Assembly (NCBI GenBank): GCA_964583685.1 | Contig: CAZOVJ010000002.1 | Location: forward strand, 111,333-175,332 | DNA: 64,000 bases | Direction: 5' to 3' | From: an uncultured Gammaproteobacteria bacterium | GTDB taxonomy: Bacteria > Patescibacteriota > Microgenomatia > UBA8517 | In this document: in pieces, positions 18,265 to 29,500 of the stretch | How positions within the stretch are numbered: the first letter of the stretch is position 1 | Layout: the number at the start of each line of letters is the position of its first letter | Translations under genes and position numbers: made by a program | Notes under the pieces: generated by a model | What the model was told of the DNA's origin: nothing | Seen by the model: only the letters and a program-made list of their open reading frames with translations | Databases searched by the model: none

Positions 18265-18567
18265 ATGAGAACAATTCCTAACACCATTTCTGCTAGCAAG
18301 GCAAGGGCTAATTTTTATTCTCTGTTAGAAGAAGTTGTCACTAAATTGAAGTCTATAACTATTACCAAAAGAGGTGAAGCTCAAGCTGTGATAATGCACC
18401 CAGATGAAGTTGCCTCTTGGCAAGAAACAATGGATATCCTTTCAGACAAAAAATTAATCAGAGATATTGCTATGAGTGAAACAGAAAGAAAGTCTGGCAA
18501 GATTACTTCTGAAAAAAATTTGTTAAAGGAGTTGGGAATTTCTCCTAAAGACCTTAAAGAATTATGA
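18265..18567 (+). CDS. Type II antitoxin, Phd/YefM family
   Basis: 100 aa. The MRTI.......ARANFYSLLEEV...ITKRGEAQAVIMHPDEVASWQETMDIL pattern matches YefM/Phd (MRTISYSEARQNL...[23 protein letters not shown]). Confidence 0.8.
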   Translation: MRTIPNTISASKARANFYSLLEEVVTKLKSITITKRGEAQAVIMHPDEVASWQETMDILSDKKLIRDIAMSETERKSGKITSEKNLLKELGISPKDLKEL

Positions 18568-18812
18568 AGGTTGAGTATTCTAATACTGCCAGGAAACAGC
18601 TCAAAAAACTTCCGAAAACCAAACAAATTAAGGTCCTGGCAAAGATCCAGAAACTTAAAAACGACCCATATGCAGGCAAGAAGCTGAAGGGTGAATTTGG
18701 AGGATTACGCTCGCTCAAAATTTGGCCTTACTGGATTATTTATCGTTATCTGGTCCAAGACAGGCTTTTGTTTATCAACGTTATTCAACACAGACAGAAG
18801 ACTTATAAATAG
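18564..18812 (+). CDS. Type II toxin, RelE/ParE (YoeB-like) superfamily
   Basis: 82 aa, overlapping the antitoxin by 4 nt (ATGA). The C-terminal ...LRSLKIWPYWIIYRYLVQDRLLFINVIQHRQKTYK matches the RelE/YoeB catalytic region (YRLVYQV.DE.VVV..V.HRKD). Confidence 0.75.
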   Translation: MKVEYSNTARKQLKKLPKTKQIKVLAKIQKLKNDPYAGKKLKGEFGGLRSLKIWPYWIIYRYLVQDRLLFINVIQHRQKTYK

Positions 18813-18830
18813 AAGAAATATCTATAATTA

Positions 18831-19139
18831 TTACATTTTCACTTCTATAGAGACCCCGGCCGGGAGGTCAAGATTGGACAAGGAGTCTATTGTTCGGTCA
18901 GAAGGATTAAGGATATCAATCAATCTCTTGTGAACTAAAATCTCAAAATGTTCCCGAGCGTCCTTGTCTGTAAAAGGAGAAGTTTGAACCGGAATCAAAG
19001 TTCTTTTTGTCGGCAAAGGGATAGGGCCAACCACCTTTGCTCCACTAACCATAACTGTATCCAATATCTTTGCTGCCGCCTCGTCAATCACTCGATGGTC
19101 GTAGCTTTTAAGTTTAACTCGTAATCTTCCTGCTGGCAT
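18831..19139 (-). CDS. rpsJ: 30S ribosomal protein S10
   Basis: 102 aa, ending ...LIDILNPSDRTIDSLSNLDLPAGVSIEVKM. It is coupled to the tuf stop codon. Confidence 0.9.
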   Translation of the reverse strand: MPAGRLRVKLKSYDHRVIDEAAAKILDTVMVSGAKVVGPIPLPTKRTLIPVQTSPFTDKDAREHFEILVHKRLIDILNPSDRTIDSLSNLDLPAGVSIEVKM

Positions 19140-20338
19140 TAAGCAATAATTTTGGAAATAACTCCAGCACCAACAGTCTTACTACCTTCTCTAATAGCAA
19201 ATCTCAAACTTTCCTCTATGGCAACAGGCTGGATAAGCTTAATTTTTACTTTAGCATTATCACCGGGCATAACCATCTCAATCCCTTTAGGAAGAGTAAC
19301 TTCTCCGGTAACATCAGCTGTTCTTATATAAAATTGGGGTTTATATCCGCTGAAAAAGGGAGTATGACGACCTCCCTCTTCCTTTGCGAGAACATAAACT
19401 TCGCCCTCAAATACAGTATGGGGAGTAACTGTCCCTGATTTAGCCACAACCTGACCACGAACGACATCACCTTTGCCAACTCCCCGCAGCAAAACTCCGA
19501 CATTATCTCCTGCTTGAGTTTCATCCAGGGTTTTTCTAAACATTTCCAAACCAGTGACCACCGTTTTCTGAGTATCCTTGATACCAACAATCTCTACCTC
19601 TCCATTTAGCTTCAACTGTCCTCTTTCAACTCTGCCGGTAACCACAGTTCCTCTACCCTTAATTGAAAATACATCCTCAATGGGCATTAAAAACGGTTTT
19701 TCTGTTTCTCTTTTTGGTTGAGGAATATACTCATCAACCACCTTTATTAACTCTACTACCGCCTTTTCCGCTTCTGCATCACCCTTGTAAGCTTTAAGAG
19801 CACTACCTTTGATTATGGGAACTTTGTCTCCAGGATAATCATACTTCTTGAGAAGGTCGCGAACATCTTGCTCAACAATCTCCACAATTTCCGGATCATC
19901 AACCGTATCGGTCTTATTTAAGAAAACAACCAGGGCTGGAACGTTCACCTGGCGAGCCAAAATAACATGCTCGCGGGTCTGGGGCATCGGGCCGTCAGCC
20001 GCAGAAATAACCAAAATTGCCCCATCCATTTGAGCAGCACCGGTAATCATGTTTTTGATGTAATCAGCATGTCCTGGAGCATCAATGTGGGCGTAGTGGC
20101 GTTTTTCTGTCTCATACTCTATATGACTGATATTAATGGTTACACCTCGCTCTTTTTCTTCCGGTGCATTATCTATTTCATAGAAGTCAAAAGGTTTTGT
20201 TTTGTTGCCAGGCTGTTTGGCCAAAACCCGGGTAATGGCAGCCGTTAAAGTAGTTTTTCCGTGATCAACATGGCCAATAGTCCCAACATTAATGTGGGGC
20301 TTGGTTCTTTCAAATTTTTGTTTCTTTTCTGCTGCCAT
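19139..20338 (-). CDS. tuf: Elongation factor Tu
   Basis: [11 protein letters not shown]1 motif, DAPGHADY and NKTD motifs; 399 aa. Confidence 0.95.
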   Translation of the reverse strand: MAAEKKQKFERTKPHINVGTIGHVDHGKTTLTAAITRVLAKQPGNKTKPFDFYEIDNAPEEKERGVTINISHIEYETEKRHYAHIDAPGHADYIKNMITGAAQMDGAILVISAADGPMPQTREHVILARQVNVPALVVFLNKTDTVDDPEIVEIVEQDVRDLLKKYDYPGDKVPIIKGSALKAYKGDAEAEKAVVELIKVVDEYIPQPKRETEKPFLMPIEDVFSIKGRGTVVTGRVERGQLKLNGEVEIVGIKDTQKTVVTGLEMFRKTLDETQAGDNVGVLLRGVGKGDVVRGQVVAKSGTVTPHTVFEGEVYVLAKEEGGRHTPFFSGYKPQFYIRTADVTGEVTLPKGIEMVMPGDNAKVKIKLIQPVAIEESLRFAIREGSKTVGAGVISKIIA

Positions 20339-20413
20339 CCTTACCTTTATATTTTAGCACTTCATCTCTGGAAGAACAAATTAAACAGGGCCCAAGCCCT
20401 GCAACTAGGCGCT

Positions 20414-20443
20414 ATTATAATCAGAATTTAAGCAAACTGTCAA
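20414..20443 (-). promoter_or_regulatory. Putative internal promoter for tuf (TTGACA-18-TATAAT); the -35 overlaps the fusA stop codon
   Basis: On the reverse strand, TTGACA is at 20443..20438 and TATAAT at 20419..20414. A hairpin CAGGGC-CCAA-GCCCTG (20386..20401) sits between the promoter and the tuf start. Confidence 0.4.
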
Positions 20444-22578
20444 GCATTAGCAGACTTAACCTTAGTCTTTTTAGCAATTAAGGTCTCGGTAATATTTTTG
20501 GGAACTTCTTCATAGCGAGAAGGCTCCATATAAAAGCTTGCCCTCCCCTTTGAAAGAGAACGAAGACCGGTTGCATAACCTCTAAACTCCGCTAAGGGCC
20601 CAAGGGCATTAATAATAACCACATTCTCCCTTGTTTCTGTTCCCTGGATACGGGCGCGGCGAGAGGAAAGATCACCGATAACATCCCCCATATATTCTTT
20701 TGGGGTGGAAACTTCAAGTTTCATAACCGGTTCCAGTAAAGTTAAATCAGCCTTTTTAACAGCTGTCTCTAGGGCCAGAGAGCCGGCAATTTTAAAAGCA
20801 ATTTCTGAAGAATCAACTTCATGGAAACTACCGTCATAGACAACAACCTTCATGTCCACCATCGGATATCCGGCCAGGACTCCTTTCTCCATTTTTCCTA
20901 TAACACCCTTTTTTATTGCCGGAATAAACTCTGAGGGAATGGCCGCTCCTTTTATTTCAGACTCAAACTTAAAACCTTCTCCTCGAGGCAAAGGCTCAGC
21001 TCTTAAAAAACAATGGCCATATTGGCCTCTACCACCAGTTTGCCTGATATACTTACCCTCAGCTGTTGTTATTCTCTTAATAGTTTCTTTATAGGCCACC
21101 TGGGGAGTGCCTGTTCGGGCTACCACGTCAAACTCTCTTTTCATCCTATCAACAAGAATCTCAAGCTGAAGCTCTCCCATGCCGGAAATAATCGTCTGGC
21201 CAGTTTCCATGTCGGCTTTAATCTTGAAAGTGGGATCTTCATCCGATAATTTCCTCAAGGCAGTTCCCATCTTCTCTTGATCTTGTCTGGTGGCTGGTTC
21301 AATGGCCAGAGAAATAACCGGCTCAGGGAACGAAATAGATTCAAAGAGAACCGGATGTCCAGGATCACAAAGTGTATCTCCTGTTGTCGTTTCCTTAACC
21401 CCTACCACCGCGACAATCTCTCCTGCATAGGCTTCGTTAATTAATTCCCTTTGATTGGCATGGGGAAGGACAAGTTTGCCTATCCTCTCTTGTTTTCTTT
21501 TAGTAGCATTCAAAATACTCTGACGAGCTAGAATCTTGCCCGAATAGATTCTTAGATAAACCAATCTGCCTACATGGGGGTCTGTAACGACCTTAAAGGC
21601 CAAGGCTGAAAATGGAGCATCAATTTTTGCCTCCCTTATCTCTTTTGCTCCTGTTTGGGGATTTTCTGCCTTAACAGGAGGTAGGTCCAGAGGAGAAGGT
21701 AAAAATTCTATTATGGCATCTAAAAGAAGTTGAACCGTTGCTGTTCTATTATCCGCACCCAAAATTGGAAAAAATTTACCGGAAATAACACCCTTTCTAA
21801 TCGCCTTCTTTAACTCCGTTACATTTATCTCTTTGCCCTCAAGATATTTTGTTAAGGCAAGGTCATCATATTCGGCCACCCTCTCAAATAATTCTTGACG
21901 GTATCTTTTGGCCTTTTTAATTAATGCCCGTGGCATTTCTCCCTCTTTAAGTTTGTTGTCCTCGAGTCCTTTATAGGTATAGGCTTTCATGCGAACAATA
22001 TCAATCACTCCATGGAGATTATGTTCTAATCCCAAAGGAATCTGGATTGGAGCCGCATTTGCTCCCAAGCGTTCTCTAATAGAAGTAATACTTCTCTCAA
22101 AATCAGCCCCAATCAAATTTAGCTTATTTAAAATACAAATACGAGGAACCGCATAGCGATTTGCCTGTCTCCAAACAGTCTCTGATTGACTTTCAACTCC
22201 GGTACGGCCATCAAAAACCATGACCGCACCATCTAAAACCCGCAAGGATCTTTCAACCTCTGCTGTAAAATCAATATGTCCTGGAGTATCAATAATATTA
22301 ATCCTATAATGTCCTTTGTCAACACTAGTACTTTTCTTCAGATCCCAAAAAGTAGTAATTGCCGCAGACACGATAGTGATACCGCGTTCCCTTTCTTGCT
22401 CCATCCAGTCAGTAACAGTAGTTCCTTCATCAACAGAACCACGCCGATAAGTTTTTCCGGTCTCAAAAAGCATACGCTCCGTGGTTGTAGTTTTCCCTGC
22501 ATCAATGTGGGCAATAATACCGATATTTCGGATTTTATCCAATGGAACATCACGGTCCTTGGTAACCGTCACCACCAT
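20440..22578 (-). CDS. fusA: Elongation factor G
   Basis: AHIDAGKTTTTE G1 motif; 700+ aa with all EF-G domains. The likely start is the Met at 22578 (MVVTVTKDRDVPLDKIRNIGIIAH), because the ORF-track upstream extension overlaps the rpsG stop. Confidence 0.9.
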   Translation of the reverse strand: MVVTVTKDRDVPLDKIRNIGIIAHIDAGKTTTTERMLFETGKTYRRGSVDEGTTVTDWMEQERERGITIVSAAITTFWDLKKSTSVDKGHYRINIIDTPGHIDFTAEVERSLRVLDGAVMVFDGRTGVESQSETVWRQANRYAVPRICILNKLNLIGADFERSITSIRERLGANAAPIQIPLGLEHNLHGVIDIVRMKAYTYKGLEDNKLKEGEMPRALIKKAKRYRQELFERVAEYDDLALTKYLEGKEINVTELKKAIRKGVISGKFFPILGADNRTATVQLLLDAIIEFLPSPLDLPPVKAENPQTGAKEIREAKIDAPFSALAFKVVTDPHVGRLVYLRIYSGKILARQSILNATKRKQERIGKLVLPHANQRELINEAYAGEIVAVVGVKETTTGDTLCDPGHPVLFESISFPEPVISLAIEPATRQDQEKMGTALRKLSDEDPTFKIKADMETGQTIISGMGELQLEILVDRMKREFDVVARTGTPQVAYKETIKRITTAEGKYIRQTGGRGQYGHCFLRAEPLPRGEGFKFESEIKGAAIPSEFIPAIKKGVIGKMEKGVLAGYPMVDMKVVVYDGSFHEVDSSEIAFKIAGSLALETAVKKADLTLLEPVMKLEVSTPKEYMGDVIGDLSSRRARIQGTETRENVVIINALGPLAEFRGYATGLRSLSKGRASFYMEPSRYEEVPKNITETLIAKKTKVKSANA

Positions 22579-22631
22579 TGCTGATTTTTTCTTTGTTTGT
22601 TGTCCTGGCATACGAGCTATACTATGAATAT

Positions 22632-23111
22632 CTACCAACGGAAGTGGGCGAAGGCGCGATTGGCCTCGGCCATACGCTCAACATCTTGTCGCTTTTTAAC
22701 CGCTCCACCTTCACCTTTGGCAGCATCAACAATTTCAGCTGCCAATTTCTCAGCATAGGTATGATATTCAGAATTGGAACGGCTTCGGGCAGCCTGGATT
22801 AGCCAACGAATTGCCAGAGATTCCCTCCTTGGGCCCCTTACACTCATAGGAATCTGATAAGCTGCACCCCCCACCCTTCTTGGTCTTACTTCCATGCTCG
22901 GTTTGATATTGGAAAGTGCTTGGGAAAAAATTTTAACAGGGTCATCTTTTGTTCTTTTCATTATTAGCTCAAACGCGCTATAGACCTGCTTTTGAGACAC
23001 ACTTTTCTTGCCATCACGCATGCTTCTGTTAATCAACTTGGCAACAAGTATATTTTTGTAAATCGAATCTGGCTGAAGCTTTCTTGGTTTTACTTGTCCT
23101 TTTCTAGTCAT
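22632..23111 (-). CDS. rpsG: 30S ribosomal protein S7
   Basis: S7 family (…IYKNILVAKLINRSMRDGKKS…). Confidence 0.9.
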   Translation of the reverse strand: MTRKGQVKPRKLQPDSIYKNILVAKLINRSMRDGKKSVSQKQVYSAFELIMKRTKDDPVKIFSQALSNIKPSMEVRPRRVGGAAYQIPMSVRGPRRESLAIRWLIQAARSRSNSEYHTYAEKLAAEIVDAAKGEGGAVKKRQDVERMAEANRAFAHFRW

Positions 23112-23114
23112 CTT

Positions 23115-23573
23115 TTATTCCTCTTTACTAGCACCAGTGGTTGAGACTTCTGCAACTCCAACCTCACCTGTCTTTTTGGTTCCATAACGACTTCGAGATG
23201 TCTTTCTGCCAACCACCCCTGTTGTCCCATATTTACCACGAACCACTTGGTATCTTACCCCAGGTAAATCTTTTACCCTACCTGCTCGAACCAAGATTAT
23301 TGAGTGCTCAGCTAACTCATGTCCCTCGCCAGGAATATAGGCAGTAATCTCCTGCTTATTGGAAAGCCTAACTCGAGCTACTTTCCTCAAGGCAGAATTT
23401 GGTTTTTTGGGCGTCATTGTCCGAACCGCCAAAACAACCCCTCTTTTAAAAGGAGCGGGTAAGTCTCTAAATTTTCTGTCTTTTGCGTTAAACCAACGTT
23501 TTAAAGCCGCACTACGGGTCTTTTTGATTATTCTCTTTCTACCTTTTCTGACAAGTTGTGATGTTGTTGGCAT
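23115..23573 (-). CDS. rpsL: 30S ribosomal protein S12, with a short internal insertion and a C-terminal extension
   Basis: [11 protein letters not shown]...[17 protein letters not shown]...[27 protein letters not shown]. It is 152 aa against about 124 aa for typical S12. Confidence 0.9.
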   Translation of the reverse strand: MPTTSQLVRKGRKRIIKKTRSAALKRWFNAKDRKFRDLPAPFKRGVVLAVRTMTPKKPNSALRKVARVRLSNKQEITAYIPGEGHELAEHSIILVRAGRVKDLPGVRYQVVRGKYGTTGVVGRKTSRSRYGTKKTGEVGVAEVSTTGASKEE

Positions 23574-23575
23574 AA

Positions 23576-26500
23576 TTAAGTCACTGGAATTAACCTACCG
23601 ATGATAACATTTTCTTTTAATCCTCGCAGGTAATCTCTTTTCCCAAATAAGGCTGCTTTGGTCAAAACGTTTGTTGTCTGCTCAAAGGAAGCAGCTGATA
23701 ACCAACTTTCGGTAAATAGTGAGCGCCGGGTAATACCCAATATTTCCTGTCTGGCACTGGCCGGCTCTCCTCCCGCTGCCAAAACCGCCTCATTTTCTTC
23801 TTCAAATTTTGCTTTTTCCACCAATTCACCGGGGAGTAAAGAAGTATCCCCGGCGGTCATAATCTTTACCTCATCACCCATTTTTCTGATAATTACCTCA
23901 AAATGCCGGTCATTGATAGGAATTCCCTGAGATTCATAGACTTCTTGCAAATGATTAACTAAATATTCCTGCGCTTTCCTCAACCCCCGAACCGCCAAGA
24001 TCTCCTTTATGTCCAGAGAGCCAGAAGCAAGCTGAGTCCCAACATCGACAAGTTGCCCTTTGGTCACCCTCAGTTCATTCGCCTTGGGAATTAAATATTC
24101 TCTTTCTTCTTTGGGTTTTGTCTGGACGCTGACCACTTTAACTTTCCAACCGGCTTCCGTCTCAGAAATCTCCACCTTCCCGGCTATCTCCGATAATGGT
24201 GAAAGGATCTTGGGAGTTCTGGTCTCAAACAACTCTTCAACTCGAGGAAGACCCTGGGTAACATCAACACCAACAACTCCTCCAGAATGTTTTGTTTTTA
24301 GAGTAAGTTGGGTTCCCGGTTCACCAATCGACTGAGCGGCAACGACCCCGACTGGAACACCAATTTTAACTATCTCCTTATTCGAAAGGTCCCAGCCATA
24401 GCACTGAGCACAAACCCCATATCGAGTTGAACAAGTCAGGGGTGAACGAACCATAACCGCATCTATCTTTGCTTTATTAATCTCTTCAGTCTTTTGTTCA
24501 TCAATAATTTTTCCTTTCTTGAGTATAACTTTTCCTTTAGAAGTTTTGATGTCCTCGCTAGCGATTCTTCCCACTATCCTATTGTCAAAAAATTCTGGAC
24601 GAACAGATCTTCTAATAACCAAACCTTCAGTCGTACCACAATCCTCTTCCCTGACAAGAACATCATGGGCAACATCAACCAATCTTCGAGTAAGATAACC
24701 GGCATCAGCCGTCTTAATGGCTGTATCGGTCAAGCCCTTCCTTGAGCCCCGGCTGGAAGCAACATACTCAAAAACCGACAGTCCTTCTCTAAAATTACCC
24801 TTAATAGGAAGTTCAACGATTTTACCCAGGGGGTCAACAACCAATCCCCTCATTCCAGCCAACTGCTTAATCTGGTTACGTGAGGTTCGGCCAACCTTGG
24901 CATCAATTACCATTCTGATTGAGCCTTCTGTGTCTATTACTTCCCAGGTTTTGTCGGCAATTTCTTCCGTAGTCTCTATCCATATCTCCTGGATTAACCG
25001 TTTCTTCTCCTCGTTGGTAATTAAACCTTGACTAAAATTATTCTCAATGCCGGCAATCTTCTTATCAGCCTGTCTTATCAATTTACCTTTCTCGGGTAAA
25101 AGAGTGGCGTCTGAAATGCCAAAAGAAAGACCGGATATTGTTCCTCCCTTGAGTCCCAAATCCTTAATATTATCAATCAGCTTTATCGTCTCTGTGTGTT
25201 TGAGCTGAAAGAAAGCTTTATTCATCAAATCCTTGATGACCGATGAATCGGCAGCCTGGTTTATGAAATTGAAACCAGGAGGTAAAACCTTATTTAAAAG
25301 TAGCCGGCCAGTGGTTGTTTCAACTGTCTTTAAAGCCAGCCTTATGTTTATCTTTTGCCTTAGTTCAATAACCCCCATTTGATAAGCGGAGATTGCCTCA
25401 TCAACATCACTAAAAACCGTCTCGCAGGGCTTAATTCGTGAATCCTCGCTGGTTAAGTAGTAAACTCCCAAAGCTATTTCTTTCTTTGCAGGAGCAGCAA
25501 TCGGTGATCCATCAGCTGGTCGGAGCAAGTTCTTATCAGATAACATCAAATCTATTGCTTCTTTGACTGCTTTTTTTGAAAGGGGAATATGAACTGCCAT
25601 CTGGTCTCCATCAAAATCAGCATTAAAACCAGCACAGATTGCCGGATGAATTCTAATCGCCTTCCCTTCAATTAATACAGGATAGAAAGCCTGAATCCCC
25701 AGCTTATGAAGAGTTGGGGCCCGATTTAAAAGAACAGGATGATTTTTGGTAATCTCTTCTAGAATATCAAAAACCTCTGCTGGTTTTTGATCAAGCATAT
25801 TTTTAGCACTCCGCACATTGGGAGCGATTTCCCGAATAATCATCTCATGAAGAACAAAAGGCTTAAACATCTCCAAAGCCATCTCTTTTGGAAGTCCGCA
25901 CTGATTAAGCTTAAGCTCGGGCCCAACAACAATAACTGAACGTCCAGAATAGTCAACCCTTTTACCAAGAAGATTTTGCCTAAATCTTCCCTTTTTCCCC
26001 TTAAGCATATCTGAGAGAGACCTTAAAACCTGTCTTCCTCGTCCTCTTCGGGTAGCTTTACGCTGGGAAGCGTCAATCATAGAATCAACCGACTCCTGAA
26101 GCATCCTCTTTTCGTTGCGTAAAATAATGTCGGGTGCACCGAGCACTATTAAATGTTTAAGTCTATTATTGCGATTAATAACTCTTCTATAAAGATCATT
26201 TAAATCACTAGCAGCAAAGCGTCCACCAGACAGTTGAACCATTGGCCGTAAATCCGGAGGCAGGACAGGCAGAACCCTGAGTACTGCCCAGCTTGGGTCA
26301 ATTTTGGCATCTCGCAAAGCATCTATTAGTTTCAATCTCTTGGCTAGCTTTATGTATCGTTCACCCCGACCTTTTAGCTCTTCCAGTTCTTTTTTTATCT
26401 CTAGAGACAGCTTCTTTAAGTTAAGACTTTCCAAAGCTGAAAGAACTGCTTCAGCACCTGTCTTGACTTCGAGAAAAGCGGTCGCATCATAAAAAGCAAG

Positions 26501-29500
26501 TTTGTCGTATTCATCTTCAGACAAGAATCCAAGTGCTTGTATTCCCCTAACCAAACTAACAAGCTTAGAGAAAAGTTCTCCCATGTTTTCAAGCATTGTC
26601 TGTTCCTCTTCGGATAAGGTTGCTTTCTTTTTGCGAACCTCAAGGCCAATTTCAGAAATCGCCAGAGCCAATTGTTCTTTATCTTTAATTTTTACTCTTA
26701 CACTTTCTTTTTTCTCCTTAACTTCTTTCTTAATCAAGTTCTTTTTCTCTTTAAAAATTTCCTTTATCTCTTTAGTCTTCTCTAGCCTTACTTTCTCTAA
26801 TTTTTTAATCGCTTCTTTCTTTTGTTTCTCGTTGACCGAAATTACCAAATATTTTGCATAGTAGATTACCTGATCAAGAGCACGCGGGGGAAGGTCTAAA
26901 AGAAGAGATATCCTTGAAGGAGCTCCCTTGAAAAACCAAACATGAACCACTGGAGCAGCAAGATTGATATGGCCCATCCGTTCACGCCTAACCCTCGATT
27001 CGGTCACCTCAACCCCGCACTTATCGCAAATAACCCCTTTATATCTTATTCTTTTATATTTCCCACAATAACATTCATAATCCTTAGTCGGTCCAAAAAT
27101 TCTTTCGTCAAAAAGACCATCCTTTTCTGGTTTCAAAGTTCTATAATTAATTGTTTCTGGCTTTGTTACTTCACCTTTTGACCAAGCGCGAATTTCATCC
27201 GGCGAAGCTAATTTCAGCCGTAAGCTTTTAAAATCTGTTAAATCTCTTAATCGAAGAAGTGCATCTTTATCTCCTTCCTTCCCAAGCTCAACCGCTAAAC
27301 AGAGAGAGTTCAACTCTCTTATGAGAACCCTAAAGCTCTCGGGAACCTTGGCATCAGGAATATCTTCACCTTTAACAATTGCCCTAAAAGCTTGAGCCCG
27401 TCCGATGATATCGTCGGATTTTATGGTTAACATTTCCTGTAAAATATTGGCTGCTCGATGAGCCTCTAGTGCCCAAACCTCCATCTCTCCCAGTCTCTGT
27501 CCTCCCATTTGTGCTTTTCCGCCCAGAGGTTGTTGAGTAACCAGGGAATAAGGGCCAGTTGAGCGAGCATGGGCTTTATCCTCAACCATGTGTTTCAATT
27601 TCAAAATATAACCAATTCCGACAACCGTATCTTCCTTAAATGCCTCTCCTGTTTTCCCATTAAAAAGCCTTGTTTTGCCGTTTACAGGCAGGCCTGCACT
27701 TTTTAATTCTTTGACAATTACATCTTCGCCGATTTCATCGAAAACCGGTACCGCCCCTTTTTCTCCTTTATGCTCAAGTGCCCAGCCCAAATGACACTCC
27801 AGTAACTGTCCCAAGTTCATTCGAGCTAAGACAGAAAGAGGAGAAATAATGATATCAACCGGAGTCCCATCATCCAGATAAGGCATATCTCCGATGGGTA
27901 TAATTTTGGCAATAACCCCTTTATTGCCATGGCGGCCTGAGAGCTTGTCGCCAACAGTAATCTTTCTCAGTTGGGCAATCTTGACAATCACGCTCTTTAT
28001 TACTCCAGGCCCTAATTCATCTCCTTTTTCTTTGTCTAAAATCATCACCTCAACAACTGTCCCTCCCTCTCCATGAGGAACTCTAAGTGAGGTATCTTTT
28101 ATCTCCCTTGCTTTCTCTCCAAAAATAGCCCTAAGAAGCCTCTCTTCCGAGGTTAACTCTGTTTCACCTTTGGGAGCTATCTTACCAATCAAGATATCTC
28201 TCGGTCCAACTTCAGCTCCGACAATAACAATTCCGTCTTCAGCCAAATTTGCCAGCTCTGTTTCAGCAATATTCGGTATATCACGGGTTAATTCTTCTGG
28301 CCCGAGTTTAGTTTCAACAATCTCTACCTTATACTCTTTAATCTGAATTGAAGTAAGAATGTCTTCCCTAACCAATCTTTCAGAAATTAGAATTGAATCT
28401 TCAAAACCATATCCCTCAAAAGAGCAATAAGCAATCACTAAATTTTGACCCAAAGCTAATTCTCCATCCTCGCAAGCAGGACCATCTGCCAAAAGATCTC
28501 CTTTTTTAACCCTCTGGCCTGTTAATACCCTGGGTTTTTGATTGTAACAAGTAGATTGACTACTCCTTTTAAACTTATCCAGATGATAAATAGCTTTCCT
28601 CCCCTTGTCGCTTATTTCAAGATTATCTAGCCTCTTTTCATCAGTCTTTTTATCAAGTTTTATTTCAATCCTCTGGGCATCCACATATCCAACCTTCCCC
28701 TGATAGCCGCTTCTGATCACCCGACCCATAGCACTAGCTATCATCTTTTCCATCCCTGTTCCGACAATCGGTGCGGATTGTTTAAGCAAGGGAACAGCCT
28801 GGCATTGCATATTTGCTCCCATCAAGGCCCTATTCCCTTCATCATGGGCTAAAAATGGTATCAGCGAGGCGGAGGTACCAAAGACCTGGCGAGGAGTGAT
28901 ATCAATCAAATCTACTAAATCTACCGCTCCTTCTGTAAAGATTCCCTGATGCCTAAAAGCTACTCTCTCATCAATAATAAAACCATATCTATCAATATTC
29001 ACTCCCAGGTGGGTTATGTGGTAGTCTTCCTCATCATCAGCCGCCAAATAAATAATTTCATCACTAATCTTGACCTTTGTCTTACCATTTCTTTTAATCT
29101 TCTTAACTACCCTATAAGGAGCTTCCAAAAATCCATACTCATTAATCCTTGCATAAAGAGCAAGATAGGTAACCAGGCCAATATTCGGCCCTTCTGGAGA
29201 ACGCACTGGGTCAATCCTCCCATACTGAGAGGAATTGACATCCCGGATAGAAAAAGAAGCCCTTTCTCGACTGATTCCTCCTGGTCCTAAAACAGAAATA
29301 CGTCTCAAATTATCTACTTCTGAGAGGGGATTCGTATTATCCAAAATTGTTGATAGTTGATTTGATCGGAAAAATTCATTAAAGGAAACAATCAAAGGCC
29401 GGGCATTGATCAGATTTGAGGGTAGTGGTCGGTCATCAGGTGAAATCAAACTCATCTTTTCTTTAACAGAACGTTCAAGTCTCAACAGCCCAACCCTGAA

